Part shown: positions 1 through 13,472 of the stretch, piece by piece
How positions within the stretch are numbered: position 1 is the stretch's first letter
Layout of the letters: the number at the start of each line of letters is the position of its first letter
The notes under the pieces: model-generated
The model's database searches: none
The model's input: the letters and a program-made list of their open reading frames with translations, nothing else
What the model was told of the DNA's origin: nothing
Translations under genes and position numbers: made by a program
Source: Octopus sinensis
Lineage: Eukaryota
DNA length: 64,000 nt
Assembly (NCBI RefSeq): GCF_006345805.1
Contig: NC_042998.1
Span: 23,374,001-23,438,000, forward strand
Direction of reading: 5' to 3'

Positions 1-1126
1 AATATTTAATACATAGTTACTTGTCTATAAATAAGTATTACTCAACACCTCAGCACTGGGGTTTTATGAGTTTGCAGTGCTGAGTCCTACCATAACCTAG
101 AAATAAATGGCCTTTACCAGATTGACTTTACTTTAGAACAATGTACAGCTGCTATGACACTAAAGGTACAAAAGTCTTTTATATATTAATAATTGAATCA
201 ACAATTCCAATCAGAATAAAATGGTATTTGGCATGATAGGATCTACAATCACTTTAATACTGTGAATATGAGGCAAAATTGTTGCATGAGTAGAGTTTAT
301 GGAGTGTACTGGTTATGGCAAAATACCACTGGCTGTTTTTTTTTTTTTTGGCTCACTAACATTAGATCCTATTTAAGGATTTTTCATATTTGATGTGGGA
401 AAGGTACTGAGAAGTAAAAAACAACTCTAACAATATATATGAATACAAAATTGAAGGACATGTATAAGTGAAGATACCATCTGTGTTAGCATGAATGTGA
501 ATGAAATACTAAAAACAAAGGAAGAGAACGGAAGGAAAAAAATAACTGTTTTACTAACTATAAGTTAATGTAATTAATTCTGAACTAGAGATTGCCGGAG
601 CTAGCAAAATGAAGATTAGATGCTATGATAGGAAAAAAACTGAAAGATCAAGGCAGAACAACGTGTAGTTAAAGAAAGTAATTAAACACGCACACATACG
701 CACACACGCACGCACATGCACGCATTCACATACACACAGAAAAAGAAAGGAAACAAACCATAAAACTAAGTGCAACAAGGTGCATTTGCTGCAGATATGC
801 AACTGGAGTATTGCTTCAAGTATCATTATGATAAATGAGTTCAATGAAAGCATATTAAGCCTAAGATCAATATGATGAGATAAAAGATTAATATAATGAA
901 AAGAATAGACTTGTAGATATGTAAATAAAAATGAAAGGAAGAAAAAAATAAGATAAAAGTTATTAAAAAGTAAACAAGAGAAAATAAGACATAAATGGAA
1001 GTGCTCATAACCATTAGTCAGTCAGAGAATCTTCTCGGTTTTAAAGAAGAAATGGAGAAACTATTATAGATAAAACATTTCTTTGATCAGTGTTAATATT
1101 ACTAATCATCATTATTATTATAATTA

Positions 1127-1535
1127 AGGCGGCGAGCTGGCAGAATTGTTAGCGTGCCAGGCAAAATGCTTAGCGGTATTTCGTCTGCTACTGCGTTCTG
1201 AGTTCAAATTCTGCTAAGGTTGACTTTACCTTTCATCCTCTCGGGGTCGATAAATTAAGAACCAGTTACACACTGGGGTCAATATAATCGACTTAATCCG
1301 TTTGTGTGTCCTTGTTTGTCCTCTCTGTGTTTAGCCCCTTGTGGGTAGTAAAGAAACAGAAATAGGTATTTCGTCTGCTATTGCGTTCTGAGATCAAATT
1401 TTGCTTAGGTCGACTTTACCTTTCATCCTTTCAGGGTTGATAAATTAAGTACCAGTGAAACACAAAGGTCGATGTGATCGACTGTCCCCCTTCCCCACAA
1501 AATCCAGACCTTGTGCACATAGTGGAAAGGATTAT
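1127..1535 (+). mobile_element. SINE family C (ggcggcgagctggcagaa head), dimeric form
   Basis: tRNA-like head with B-box-like GAGTTCAAATTC. A second internal unit restarts at aaataGGTATTTCG (~1363). Ends in ggattatt. Confidence 0.85.
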
Positions 1536-1552
1536 TGTTATCATATGAGTGT

Positions 1553-1978
1553 GATCATTGCCAGAGCAACAAGCTGGCCTCCATGCCGGTGGCACATAAA
1601 AAACACCATTCGAGCATGATTGTTACCTGCATCGCCTTACTGGCACTTGTGCTAGTGGCACGTGAAAAAATATTTGAGCAGGGTTGTTTCCAGTGCCGCT
1701 GGACTGGCTCCTGTGCAGGTGGCATATAAAAAGCACCATTTGAGCGTGACCATTGTCAGTACCGCCTGACTGGACCTCGTGCTGGTGGCATGTAAAAGCA
1801 CCCACTACACTCTCGGAGTGGTTGGTGTTAGGAAGGGCATCCAGCTGTAGAAACTCTGCCAGATCAGATTGGAGTCTGGTGCAGCCATCTGGTTCGCCAG
1901 ACCTCATTCAAATTGTCCAACCCTTGCTAGCAAGGAAAACAGACGTTAAACGATGATGATAATGATGATGATGATGAT
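1553..1978 (+). mobile_element. Repeat family D: ~70-bp internal subrepeats plus RTE-like 3' tail and (GAT)n
   Basis: Repeated gtgccggtggcacgtaaaaagcacc blocks, then gttggtgttaggaagggcatccagc ... gacgttaaacgatgatgat. Confidence 0.8.
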
Positions 1979-1994
1979 AATAATTACTTAGAGC

Positions 1995-2460
1995 AGCAAG
2001 CTGGCAGAATTATTAGTATGCCAGACAAAATGCTTAGCAGGATTTTGTCTGTCTTTATATTCTTAGTTCAAATCCTGCTGCGGTTGGCTTTGCCATTCAT
2101 CATTTCAGGGTCAATAGAATAAGTACCAGTTGAGCACTGGGGTCAATGTAATCAATAGCCCCCCGCCCCCAAACATGCTGGCCTTGTGCTGAAATGTGAA
2201 ATCATTGTTATTGTTATTATTATTATCATCATCATGGCATTGAGCTAGCAGAGTTGTTACTGTGTTGGACAAACTGCTTAGTAGCATTACTGTTGCCTCT
2301 TTACTTTCAGAATTCAAATGCTGCGAAAGCCAGCTTTGTCTTCCATGCTCTCAGGGTCGATTAAATATAAAATAAATACCAGTTGTAGTACTGGTGTCAA
2401 TGTAATTGACTTGCCTCTCCCCTCAAAAAATTTGCTGGCCTCCTGCTAAAACTACAAAGA
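1995..2460 (+). mobile_element. Two degenerate family C SINE monomers
   Basis: gctggcagaatt...ttagc heads at ~2000 and ~2240, each with body and ggccttgtgct tail; CpG-decayed. Confidence 0.7.
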
Positions 2461-2513
2461 ATTATTATTGCTGTTGTTGTTGTTGTCAAGGCAGTGGATT
2501 ACAAGAGCATTAA

Positions 2514-2663
2514 CCCATTTTAACCCGGGTTAACCCTGTCGAAATTTTGAAGATAGTTTTATAAATAGGGATAACAAACATGTGGAAGCGTCCAGTTAAC
2601 CTTTGTTGCAGTAAATGAACCAAATACAACTGTCCTCAAACGAGGACAGTGGATTAATATGGG
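2514..2663. mobile_element. piggyBac-type MITE
   Basis: TTAA|CCCAT ... ATGGG|TTAA ends; internal hairpin actgtcctc-aaac-gaggacagt. Confidence 0.55.
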
Positions 2664-3189
2664 TTAAGTAAAACGCTTTGCAGTATTTCGTTACATTTTG
2701 AATTAAGGCTCCACTGCAGTTGATTTTTTACTGTTCCTTCTTCTGGCATTGATTAAATAAAGTCCCACTCAGGTATTGGAGCCAATTTAATTGATTAGCC
2801 ATTCCTCCCGACAAATTGCTTGTGTGTGTATGTTTCCCACCGCCATTTGACAAATGGTGTTAATGTGTTTATGTGCCCATAACTTAACGATTCGTCAAAA
2901 GCAACTAATAAAACAAGTACCAGGCTTAAAAAAGATAGTATTGGGGTCAATTCATTCAACTAAAAATTCTAGGAGGTGGTGGCACACCATGGCTGCAGTC
3001 CAATGACTGAATCAAGTAAAAGATAAGATATCAGAGACTTTTGATCCAAACGCACCTGAGACCACTCCTGGTTCTATGACACAAAGTTCTTGTAATGCAC
3101 CTGAGCACTGTAGACAATAAGTTCATTACATAGAACCTCCATCAACATTTTATGTCGTGTTCCAAACACCAGCTTAATAATGACAAAGT

Positions 3190-3425
3190 TCATCTTCATC
3201 ATCATCATCATCTTCATCATCATATAATGTCTGTTTTCCATGATGGCATGGGTTGGATGGTTTGACAGCAACTGGTAAGCTGGTGAGCTGCACCTGGTTC
3301 CATTGTCTGTTTTGGCATGGTTTCTATGGTTGGAGGCCCTTCCTAATGCCAACCACTTTACAGGGTGCACTGGAGGTTGTTTTTTTTATGTGGGACTAGT
3401 AAGGGAGCTTTTTGCATGGCACCAA
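3190..3425 (-). mobile_element. Family D 3' fragment
   Basis: Reverse complement of the ggaagggc...ccaacccatgc...gatgatg tail. Confidence 0.7.
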
Positions 3426-3603
3426 ATTTATTCAAAATTAACCAAAACAAAAGTGTTGTATTTCATCAGAAATATGGTAACAAAAACAGGTTACTGTATA
3501 TTTCTTCCATATAGTAAGGTGTAATTTGAGGAAGATCTGACTGTTATTTCTGCATAGATGTTTCACTCACTGACTTGATTATTGTTATGTTTATTAATGT
3601 AGT

Positions 3604-3777
3604 AGGCGCAGGAGTTGCTGTGTGGTAAGTAGCTCGCTTACCAACTATATGGTTCCAGGTTCAGTCCCACTGCGTGGCACTTTGGGCAAGTATCTTCTAC
3701 TATAGCCTCCGGCCGACCAAAGCCTTGAGAGTGGATTTGGTAGACGGAAACTGAAAGAAGCCCATCGAATATATATG

Positions 3778-3808
<31 letters not shown>

Positions 3809-4030
3809 TTGTGCATCTGTGTTTGTGTGTCTGTGTTTGTCCCCCTAACATCGCTTGACAACCGATGCTGGTGTGTTTACGTCCCTGTAAGTTAGCGGTT
3901 CGGCAAAAAGTGACTGATAGAATAAGTACTAGGCTTACAAAGAATAAGTCCTGGGGTCGATTTGCTCGACTAAAAGTGGTGCTCCAGCATGGCTGCAGTC
4001 AAATGATTGAATGAAGTAAAAGAGAAAGAG
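3604..4030 (+). mobile_element. SINE family B (CORE-like), full length
   Basis: tRNA-like head, CORE-like (c)ttgggcaagt...tagcctc, internal TA/TG microsatellite, 3' end actgaa..aagtaaaaga. Confidence 0.85.
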
Positions 4031-4521
4031 AGAGTAGACTGGCAAAATCATTAGAACACTGGACCAAAATGCCCTCCAATATTTAGGCATATATTTGATT
4101 GAATCACCTAAGCTTGGTACTTATGATAGCAACTCAAATGAGTCATGCTATTGAGAAAGCTTATACATCATTATTCAGCCTGCTAGAAATAGCAGCCAAA
4201 TCTCACACAAATCATAATCAACTATCTTAAAAAAACCAGGAAAGGATACTTTAGATAAGGCACTCTTAGGGGATGGTCATAGTAGAAATGCTTTGATCTT
4301 AGGTTTTAGGTCTGTTCAAAAAGGGTTAGTCAAGATTTGAAATCAGGATGTTGATGACTGGAACAAAAAAACTGAAATGCCTTTAGCCTGGTGCTGAGCC
4401 ATCACCACCGTTTTAATAGAGAACATTATATACTTATAATGTCAATGTCTTTTGTTGAAAATAATTTCTTATTAAACCGGAGGAGATATCTCACATTATT
4501 ATAGTATCACAAAGGTGAATA

Positions 4522-5038
4522 ATGCAAACACACACACACAAGCACATACATACACACACACACATATATATATATAATATATATATACACACACATACAT
4601 ATATATATATATACACATACATACACATATATATATATACACATACATACACATACATATATATATATATACACATACATACACACACATATATATATAT
4701 ATATACACATACATACACACATATATTATATATATATACACATACATACACACATATATATATATATATATATACATACATACACACATATATATATATA
4801 TATATATATACATACATACACATATATATATATATATATATATACATACATACACACATATATATATAATATATATACATACATACACACATATATATAT
4901 ATATATATATACATACATACACATATATATATATATATATATACATACATACACACATATATATATATATATACATACATACACACATATATATATATAT
5001 AACATACATACACACATATATTATATATATACATACAT

Positions 5039-5083
<45 letters not shown>

Positions 5084-5343
5084 CATACACACATAATATA
5101 TATATTATATACATACATACACACATATATATATATATATATATACATACATACACACATATATATATATATATAACATACATACACACATATATATATA
5201 TATATATACACATACATACACACATATATATATATATATATATATACATACATACACACATATATATATATATATATACACATACATACACACATATATA
5301 TATATATATACATACATACACACATATATATATATACATACAT

Positions 5344-5381
<38 letters not shown>

Positions 5382-5480
5382 CATACATACACACATATAT
5401 ATATATATATAATATACATACATACACACATATATATATATATATATACATACACACATACATATATATATATATACATA
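4522..5480. repeat. ~960-bp compound microsatellite (CATACATACACA + TA runs)
   Basis: Directly visible; explains the overlapping Y/I/C/V/M-rich ORFs. Confidence 0.97.
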
Positions 5481-5481
5481 C

Positions 5482-5690
5482 ACATCTATTCACAGATTAA
5501 CCAACAAGAAATTCATAGCATATATAGATTTGTGTGTGTGTCTGTGTATGTGTGTGTCATCATCATCATCATTATCGTAAATCGAACGCTAAACGATGTT
5601 GATGATGATGATGATGACACACACATACACAGGCACACACAAATTTATATATGCTATGAATTTCTAGTTGGTTAATCCGTGAATAGATGT
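5482..5690. repeat. Inverted duplication (~98-bp arms, 14-nt spacer)
   Basis: acatctattcacagattaacc...tcatcattatcgt / aaatcgaacgctaa / acgatgttgatgat...ggttaatccgtgaatagatgt. Confidence 0.9.
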
Positions 5691-6819
5691 TTACAGTTTT
5701 AAGCAATGCAAAGCAAATATATTATTATGAGACTGGAAAATACAATTATGTGCACTGGAGTGTGTGTGTGAAATAGTTTGTGATGCACATGCATATAAGT
5801 ATGAACATGTATATGAACATTCAATAGAGTGGAATTAGTCCAGAACCATTAAACCATAAAGATAAAGAGCTGGAAAATAACAAGTAGTACAATCGGTAAG
5901 TCAAACGCAACCAACCAGGACATAAACTGTTCCAGGCTGTTGAGAAAGGAAAGTAATAATTCAGTAGGAAAGCTAGAAAGAGGTGAATGAACGTTCAATT
6001 AATAACAGTGATTTTGACAAATGACATGTTTTGTCGTGGGAAATAACGCAGCTGGTGGGAGAGCAGGGGATTGGCTGACGGTACATGAAACAAATTGCTT
6101 TCAACTCTAGTACCAAGCTAGATTTGAAATGAAGTTAATTACAAGAGGTAGTCCTGTCCCTTGCTACCCAGTTATTTCAGGTCATGCTACAGTCAGAAAG
6201 TATTGGTAATGTGATGTATTAAGTGCTAAGTGCTAGACATGAAATGAAACAATTTGCAAATGGTAGAATGTTGTATTCTATGCACAAAATCTTTGAAGTC
6301 TTTCAACTGCATATTGATTTCTGTTGACAAGGTCGCTCCTTTTTTGAGAGGAGTTGATTTGATTCAGTTTGGTTTGCTTTGATTTGGGCTAAGGGATGCT
6401 ATTTTCAATGGCCTCAGCCGATCCTCAAAATGCAGTTGGAGTTTCTTTTCAGAAAAATTTGGGCAGGGATAGAATTCCAGAAGGTCTTACAACATTTTAA
6501 AGGAGGAAGGAGTATAAAGTGGTCAGTGGGTGGTGGGGCATGGATGGATGTAATATGGATATTGATATGCTACTACCATTGCCACCATCTAAGATGTTGA
6601 CGATAATGACTATGAAAAGACAAATGATTGGGTGGGCCCGAATGGAAGTAACATGAGATCAACCAGGTCTGAAGAACAGATTTCTCTGTAGCTATTAGTA
6701 AAGGAGGCAGAGTGTGGGGCCAGGGATTAAGTGAGTGGAATGGAGATGGAATGTGATGTTGCAGCTCTCATGCCTTTCCCATGTGGCTTAGCAATTAGAG
6801 TATTTGGCTCATGGTTGTA

Positions 6820-7340
6820 AGGTGGTGAGCTGGCAGAAACGTTAGCACACCAGGCGAAATGCTTAGTGGTATTTTGTCTGCCACTATGTTCTGAGTTCCA
6901 ATTCCGCCGAGGTCGATTTTGCCTTTCATCCTTTTGGGGTCGATTAAATAAGTACCAGTTACGCACTGGGGTGGATATAATCGACTTAATCCCTTTGTCT
7001 GTCCTTGTTTGTCTCCTCTGTGTTTAGCCCCTTGTGGGTAGTAAAAAAATAGGTTGTAAGGTCATAAGTTTGATTCCTGGAGGCATGTTGTGGCCTTGAG
7101 CAAGACACTTTACTTCATGTTACTCCAGTCCACTCAGCTGTCAAAAATGAGTTGCACCTGTATTTCAAAGGGTCACCCTTGTTACATTCTGTGTGATGCT
7201 GGATTTCCTTGAGAACTACATTAAGGGTACACGTTTTTGTGGAGTATTCAGCCACTTGCACATTAATTTCATGAGCAGGCTGTTCTGTTGATCAGATCAA
7301 CTGGAACCCTCATCATTGTAACTGATGATGTGCCAGATTA
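6820..7340 (+). mobile_element. Family C SINE fused to a 5'-truncated family A-prime SINE
   Basis: C monomer to gtagtaaaaaaata (~7050), then gttgtggccttgagcaagacacttt body and A-type tail ending gtaactgatg. Confidence 0.8.
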
Positions 7341-8091
7341 GAGTAAGGAATATGAAATTGATTGAACTATTAATAAAACATTGATTGGATGGCTAATAGC
7401 TTTAACCCAAGCCAAGCCAAACCAAACCACAGTTCTCCATCCAGAACAAAGATATTTAATGAAGTCAATGATGGAGCTTTGGTGTGGTTGATTTTATTAG
7501 CCAAATATCCTTGAAGTAAACAACCCTCTAGAATATATATATATATAAAGAAGAAAAAGACATATTACAAAATGTACTTCAGGATGGTCACAGATGGAAT
7601 ACTTTTAAAAAAGTTTGCATGATCAAGGCTGATCTGGGTACCAAAAACAAAAACAAAAAACAACAACAAGAGAAATAGCTAATGTTCAATATATTGATTT
7701 CTAACATAGACGCAATGTTACAAATTTCCTTAGGTGAGTTATATTGATTCCAGCACTTGAATGGTAGAATGGCACTTACTTTATCAATGCCTGGAAGATT
7801 AAAACCTTGACTGGATTTGAACGGAGGACAAAATGAGTCTTAACTAAATACCAAACAGTATTTTTTTGTTCACAGTATTTCCATATTGGCCTATACTTAC
7901 CAGTAAAATGATGAAAAGCAATTATAATTCTGAGAGCAGAAAAAGCCTCAGTTTTGAAGTTGCTAATTCTGTTGTAGAGACACGACCCATTTCATGAAGG
8001 AATATTAATAACTGTTCTTTTAACATCCCAAATACTGAATCAGATTTAACCGGATAATTAATGGTTTTAAGGAATTGTTATATATTTCATT

Positions 8092-8458
8092 TTTTACTTC
8101 TTTCAGTCATTAGAGTGCGGCCATGCCTTGAAGAATTTTAGTCTAACGAATTGATCCCAGTAACTTTTTACGGTCTGGTACTAAGTCTATCAGTGTCTTT
8201 TGTGAGCTGCTAAGTTATGGGAACATAAACACACCAACACTGGTTGTCAAACAGTGGTGGGGGATAAATATAGACACAAAGACATACACACACACGCACA
8301 TGATGAGCTTCATTCAGTTTCCATCTACCAAATCCACTCACAAGGCTTTGGTTGGCCTGAGGCTATAGTAGAAGACACTTCTACTATAGGTGCCATGTAG
8401 TAGGACTGAACACAGAACCATGTGGTTGGGAAACAAACTTCTTACCACAGGCACACCT
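8092..8458 (-). mobile_element. SINE family B
   Basis: Reverse complement of family B head, CORE-like block and tail. Confidence 0.8.
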
Positions 8459-9269
8459 AAATAAGAATTTAATTAATTCTCAACATCCTTTCTATGACAC
8501 TTCTCAATATCATCGTCATTGTTTTACCATCTGCTTTGTCCATGCTAACATGGGTTAGGTGTAACTTCTAGAGGTAATATTCTACAGCCAGATGCCTTTC
8601 CTGGTGCAAACACTTATTTTCAAGTAAGGTAATTTATTCCATTGGTCTTTGCATACTAAGCTGAAAAGTTATGAGTTATATTGCTTAGGTGGGACAGCAT
8701 CTAATATCATTACTGTCCCAACAGTGTCAGAGTGAAGACAAGTGCTGATAAACACACAAACACACAAGATGGGCTTTGACACAGTCTCTGTCGCTCGAAT
8801 TTCATTCACAAAGCATTGGTCATTGTGAAATTATAGTACAAGGTAACGGTTTAAGGTACCATGGAATAGGATTTAACACAAAACAACAGGTTTACAAGAC
8901 AAACTTCTTAACCATGTCACCATGTCTGTGACAATAAATACATTGAAGGTAAACTCATCATTTATACATGTTTAAGAAACAAGAAGTGTTTAATGCTTTG
9001 AAATTAAACACAATCTTTTTCTTTTTTTGTTCGGTACTTGTTTCAGTGAAGTAGTAATACAATAGGATACAGTGACAATAAGGATTTAGTAAACATGACT
9101 AAAAAATAATTTGTATTGTTGATAGAGAAAAAGGCTGTGTAACAACTTAATTTGGCAAGAATGCCAGCATGATGCATAACAATTCTGAGCAGAATGGATT
9201 AAATGGAGTGGTCAGCTCTTTCTATTAGCTTAGTTGTAAAATAATAAAATCCTTCGAACTTGCTGGAAG

Positions 9270-9450
9270 AATGTAAAAGCACCCATTACACTCTCAGAGT
9301 GGTTGGCATTAGGAAGGGCATCCAGCTGAAGAAACCATGCCAAATCAGACTGGAGTCTGGTGCAGCTCCTCAGCTTGCCAGCCCCGGCCAAACTGTCCAA
9401 TGCAGACCAGCATGGAAAATAGACACTAAATGATGATGATGATGATGATA
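9270..9450 (+). mobile_element. Family D 3' fragment
   Basis: aaaagcacccattacactc...ggaagggcatccagc...gatgatgat. Confidence 0.75.
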
Positions 9451-9960
9451 TCACAGTCACAGTATCACAGTACCGAACAGAATATCAAATGCTGTTATAC
9501 ACTATTTCCAGTTTGGTCTTGATTGCGCCAGTCTTTTCAATCTTGACTCAAATTGCTTGACTAAACTGTCTTCGCATTATTGTATCCAACACACACACAC
9601 ACATATATATATATATACAACATCTAAATCCATAGAAAATCAATAGGGTATAGCTAAAAAGAAGATAATCAATTCGTGTCCCAGTAATCAGGCAGAACTG
9701 CAGGTAAGCTATCAAGACCACCTGAGTGGGTTTATCTCTTTGCTGCAATGTATTTATGCAGTCATTGAAGCCGAAAGAGATCTGATCAAATGCTAATTGA
9801 CATTCTGTAACAATTTATCAGTTTTTGACCAACTTACGCTCTCACATCAACATGTTTTTGATGTTCAATTATTACATTCTAATATTTTTTGAGATATCGA
9901 ATTGCTAATGAACAGTGATTGGAAACCATTAATGATAGCTTATGATCAATGAAATAATAC

Positions 9961-10362
9961 TCTTTTACTTGTTTCAGTCATTTGACTGTGGCCATGCTGG
10001 AGCACCACCTTTAGTCGAGCAAATCAACCCCAGGACTTATTCTTTCTAAGCCTAGTATTTATTCTATCGGTTTCTTTTGCCGAACTGCTAAGTTACGGGG
10101 ACGTAAACAACACCAGCATCGGTTGTCAAGCGATGTTGGGGGAACAAACACAGACACACAAACATACACACACACACAAATATATATATACATATATACG
10201 ATGGGCTTCTTTCAGTTTCCATCTACCAAATCCACTCACAAGGCTTTGGTCGGCCCGAGGCTATAGTAGAAGACACTTGCCCAAGGTGCCACGCAGTGGG
10301 ACTGAACCTGGAACCATGTGGTTGGTAAGCAAGCTACTTACCACACAATCACTCCTACACCT
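9961..10362 (-). mobile_element. SINE family B, full length
   Basis: Reverse complement of the family B consensus seen elsewhere in this window. Confidence 0.85.
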
Positions 10363-10580
10363 AATAGGCATAGATCAGTTTACATTTAGAGACTAATTAT
10401 ATAATTGAAATTTCAATGCTCCGACATAAATGGCAATGACCATCTAATTTATTCATAATATTCCAATTTTGTATATATCTAATATAATATAAATATATAT
10501 CATCAACCAATATAACTAGAAGTGAGCAGCACTCTCTCTATTTGTCCATTCTTATTGTTACAGTATTTTTACTATGTCCA

Positions 10581-10969
10581 TCTATATATATAAAGCTGAA
10601 GTTGTCTGTGTATGTCAGGTTTGGTAGCCTTCAACTAACACTATCTCCTCTGAGACCCTGCAGCGCAAGTTGACCAAAATTGAAAGTATGATAGAAGAAA
10701 CCTTGCTCTTCCTTCCATAGAAGAAAAAATTCAAATCCAACCATGTTAACACCAAAAATTATTTACATCAAAAAGGTGCCTTTTTTCTATGAAAATCCCA
10801 ATTTTTTTACGATTTTCTGACTGCTGTGTCGCCATTTTTCGGTGTATTTCAACCAGGAAAATGTTCACTAAAGAGAATAACAATCTAGATAATGCAAAAT
10901 TTTACTTTTCAAAAATTCCAATTCTAAAGGGTCGAAACAAACCCGAGCAACGCCGGATGATACTGCTAG
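10581..10969 (+). mobile_element. Non-autonomous Helitron, family H1
   Basis: A|TC 5' end, CTAG|T 3' end, subterminal hairpin cccgagcaacgccgg; paralogous copies at 53386 and 60627. Confidence 0.85.
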
Positions 10970-11198
10970 TATTTGATAAAATTACAGAGAGGTGGTAACA
11001 CCCTCTCAGTATTTCATGGAAATGCTGAAAAGTATTCTATTTTGTTTCAGTTTTTATTTCTGTGTAATAGTGAGGATAATGTCCTTTCAGTACTTCTACA
11101 TTATTTCTCAGTTACCCGAGATGTAAGACTTTCAGTATCTCAGCATTTCATGGAAACAATAGTAGGAGGTCAATCAGCTGAATACTTGGTGCAAATGC

Positions 11199-11480
11199 GA
11201 GGATGTGTGGCTTAGTGGCTAGGGTACTTCACTCATGATCATAATGTCATGAGTTTGATACCCAGTGGCTTCTTGTGTCCTAGAGCAAGACACTTTATTT
11301 CATGTTGCTTCCGTCTACCCAGCCAGGGAGAAAAATGAGTTGTACCTATATTTCAAAAGGGTAGCCTTGTTACACTCTGTGTTATACTGAACCTCCAAGG
11401 GGGACTACATTAATAGTGCACACTCCCGTTCCATTGATCAGATCAATTGGAACCCTTCTTATAACTGATGGTAGAAATGT
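11199..11480 (+). mobile_element. SINE family A-prime (tRNA head, cttgagcaagacacttt body, A-type tail)
   Basis: A-box gtggcttagtgg, B-box gtttgatacc, shared body and tail. Confidence 0.75.
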
Positions 11481-11529
11481 AAATATATTTAATTGTCCAA
11501 GTATAGATTTTATATAGTTTATATATATG

Positions 11530-11630
11530 TATGGCTGCGTGATAAGAAGCATGCTTCCCAACCACATGGTTCCAGGTTCAGTCCCACTGCATGGCACCTT
11601 GGGCAAGTGTCTTCTACTATAGCCTACTAT
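11530..11630 (+). mobile_element. Family B SINE 5' fragment
   Basis: Head through caccttgggcaagtgtcttctactatagcc, then truncated. Confidence 0.75.
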
Positions 11631-13173
11631 ATATAGAAAGAGAGAGAGGGGGAGAGACCATAATCTTAAGATATAAAAGTGAATGTATATTCACATGTTG
11701 CAAGTTTTAAAGCACAGTAGTATGCCTATGTAGCTAGAATTTTGTATTAGGCCACATCTTTTCAAAAAGGTCATGTGGCTTTTTCTGAAATTTCTTTTTA
11801 ACCCAGAGAACTTAAGAATATTACACACCCACAAGCACTGCAACAGACAGTGGGAAAACTTGCTGATTAGAAAAATAATTAATTTAGAATAGTTATATGA
11901 TTTAAGTATTTTAACTGGGAAAAAAACAAAAAATTTTAGCAGAAATTTTTTTTAAATGTAAAAGTAGAATTTCATTTTAGATGCTTTAGTTTTTGTTTAT
12001 TTTTGCCTTTTTTAATGAAGTTCAACTTCATCGTCTTCTGAATGACTTAGATAAATTCTGATCGAATCATCATTCTCAGCTCAATGCATCTGTGTGTGTG
12101 TGTGTGTGTAGATAGATAGATAGAGAGATAGATATTATGGTAGTTTTGACTTTAAGAGTCCCTCATAGTGTGAGGCATTTATGTGTATTAATGCCCTTAA
12201 TATAAATATATATATTTAAAGAGAATAATTATAATTTTTATAATTATAAGATTTTATCCTATTTTAAAATTTTAGATAGATAGAGAGGTAGATCATACTC
12301 ATGTATAATATATATATATATATATATACAAATGGATAGCAATTTTAAAAATTCAGTATAATAAATATGAGTATACATTATATAACACACACACACACAC
12401 ACACTATACATATATATATATTACATAATATATAGAGATAATCAATAAAATGTCCAGTCTCAATTTCTGTACTCGGTATAAATATTAGTAAAAGTGAGAA
12501 TACTTAGTAAAGAATCATACAGTTTTCTCCCTTTAACTATGTAGTAAACAGCTTGAATTTTATGATCTGATACATTTTATTATCCTCCTTAACAAACGAT
12601 TTTCTATCGAATATCCGAAGGAAGTCATTAAATACGATTTTATTGAACATAGCCTGGAAGATGATTGGAATAAAACTAGTGTTACAAAGACAATAAAACC
12701 GAACAATTGACCGATTACGTTTCAAATCAATGAGAAAAGTTATTGATGAAATCGATCTTTTGCAATATACAGGCATGGCCGTCCATATCGATATGTATAT
12801 TAAGAAGTTTGCCTTGTTACCAAATGGGTCTCTGTTCAACCCTTCGACACTTCACCTTGGGTAATTATCTGCTGTCGTAGGGTGCCCACCAATTTGTGGA
12901 ATGCAGCAGATGGAAACTGTAACGAAGCCTGTTATATCTGTGCTATCATCATTACATTTTTTATCCATTTTACCATAATTGCATGAGTTGGGTGGGTCAT
13001 CCCAAGCACAGAATTTCCCCATTTGTTGCAATCCATTGACAGCTTCTTAAGATTTAGCCTCTTGTGATCAGCTTTTACCATTTCTACTCATATCTTCTTA
13101 AATCTTTTCCTTCCATTTAAATAAGCTTGGTATTTCTTTACCCAACTATCTACCCTCCGCATTCATCACATGT

Positions 13174-13472
13174 TTGTTCCTTCTCAAGCCATGCCTGGCT
13201 CATAAGGGCCGGTTTCCTGATTTCCTTGGCGTATAGGTTCCCCACCTGGATGGGACGCCGGTCCGTTGCAGGTGAGCTGCAAGATGCAGGAGGAAAGAGT
13301 GAGAGAAAGTTGTGGCGAAAGAGTCAGCAGAAGTTTGCCATTGCCTTCTGCCGGAGCCGCGTGGAGCTCAGGTGTTTCGCTCGTAAACACACACATTGCC
13401 CGGTCTGAGATTCGAACTTGCTATCCCTCGACCGTGAGTCCACTGCTCTAACCAGTAGGCCATGTGCCTCCA
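13174..13472 (-). mobile_element. SINE with family A head and body but alternative tail X; 14-bp TSD
   Basis: TSD CATTCATCACATGT at 13160-13173 and 13473-13486. Confidence 0.9.

Noticed and set aside
3645-3851. Recurrent small ORF 'MLGGQTQTHKH...WASFSFRLPNPL' (also 10133, 18800, 21127, 43928, 50772, 54349)
   Set aside because: It is the antisense frame of SINE family B, not a gene family.
4491-5493. Long overlapping ORFs (up to 330 aa)
   Set aside because: They are translations of a stop-free compound microsatellite.
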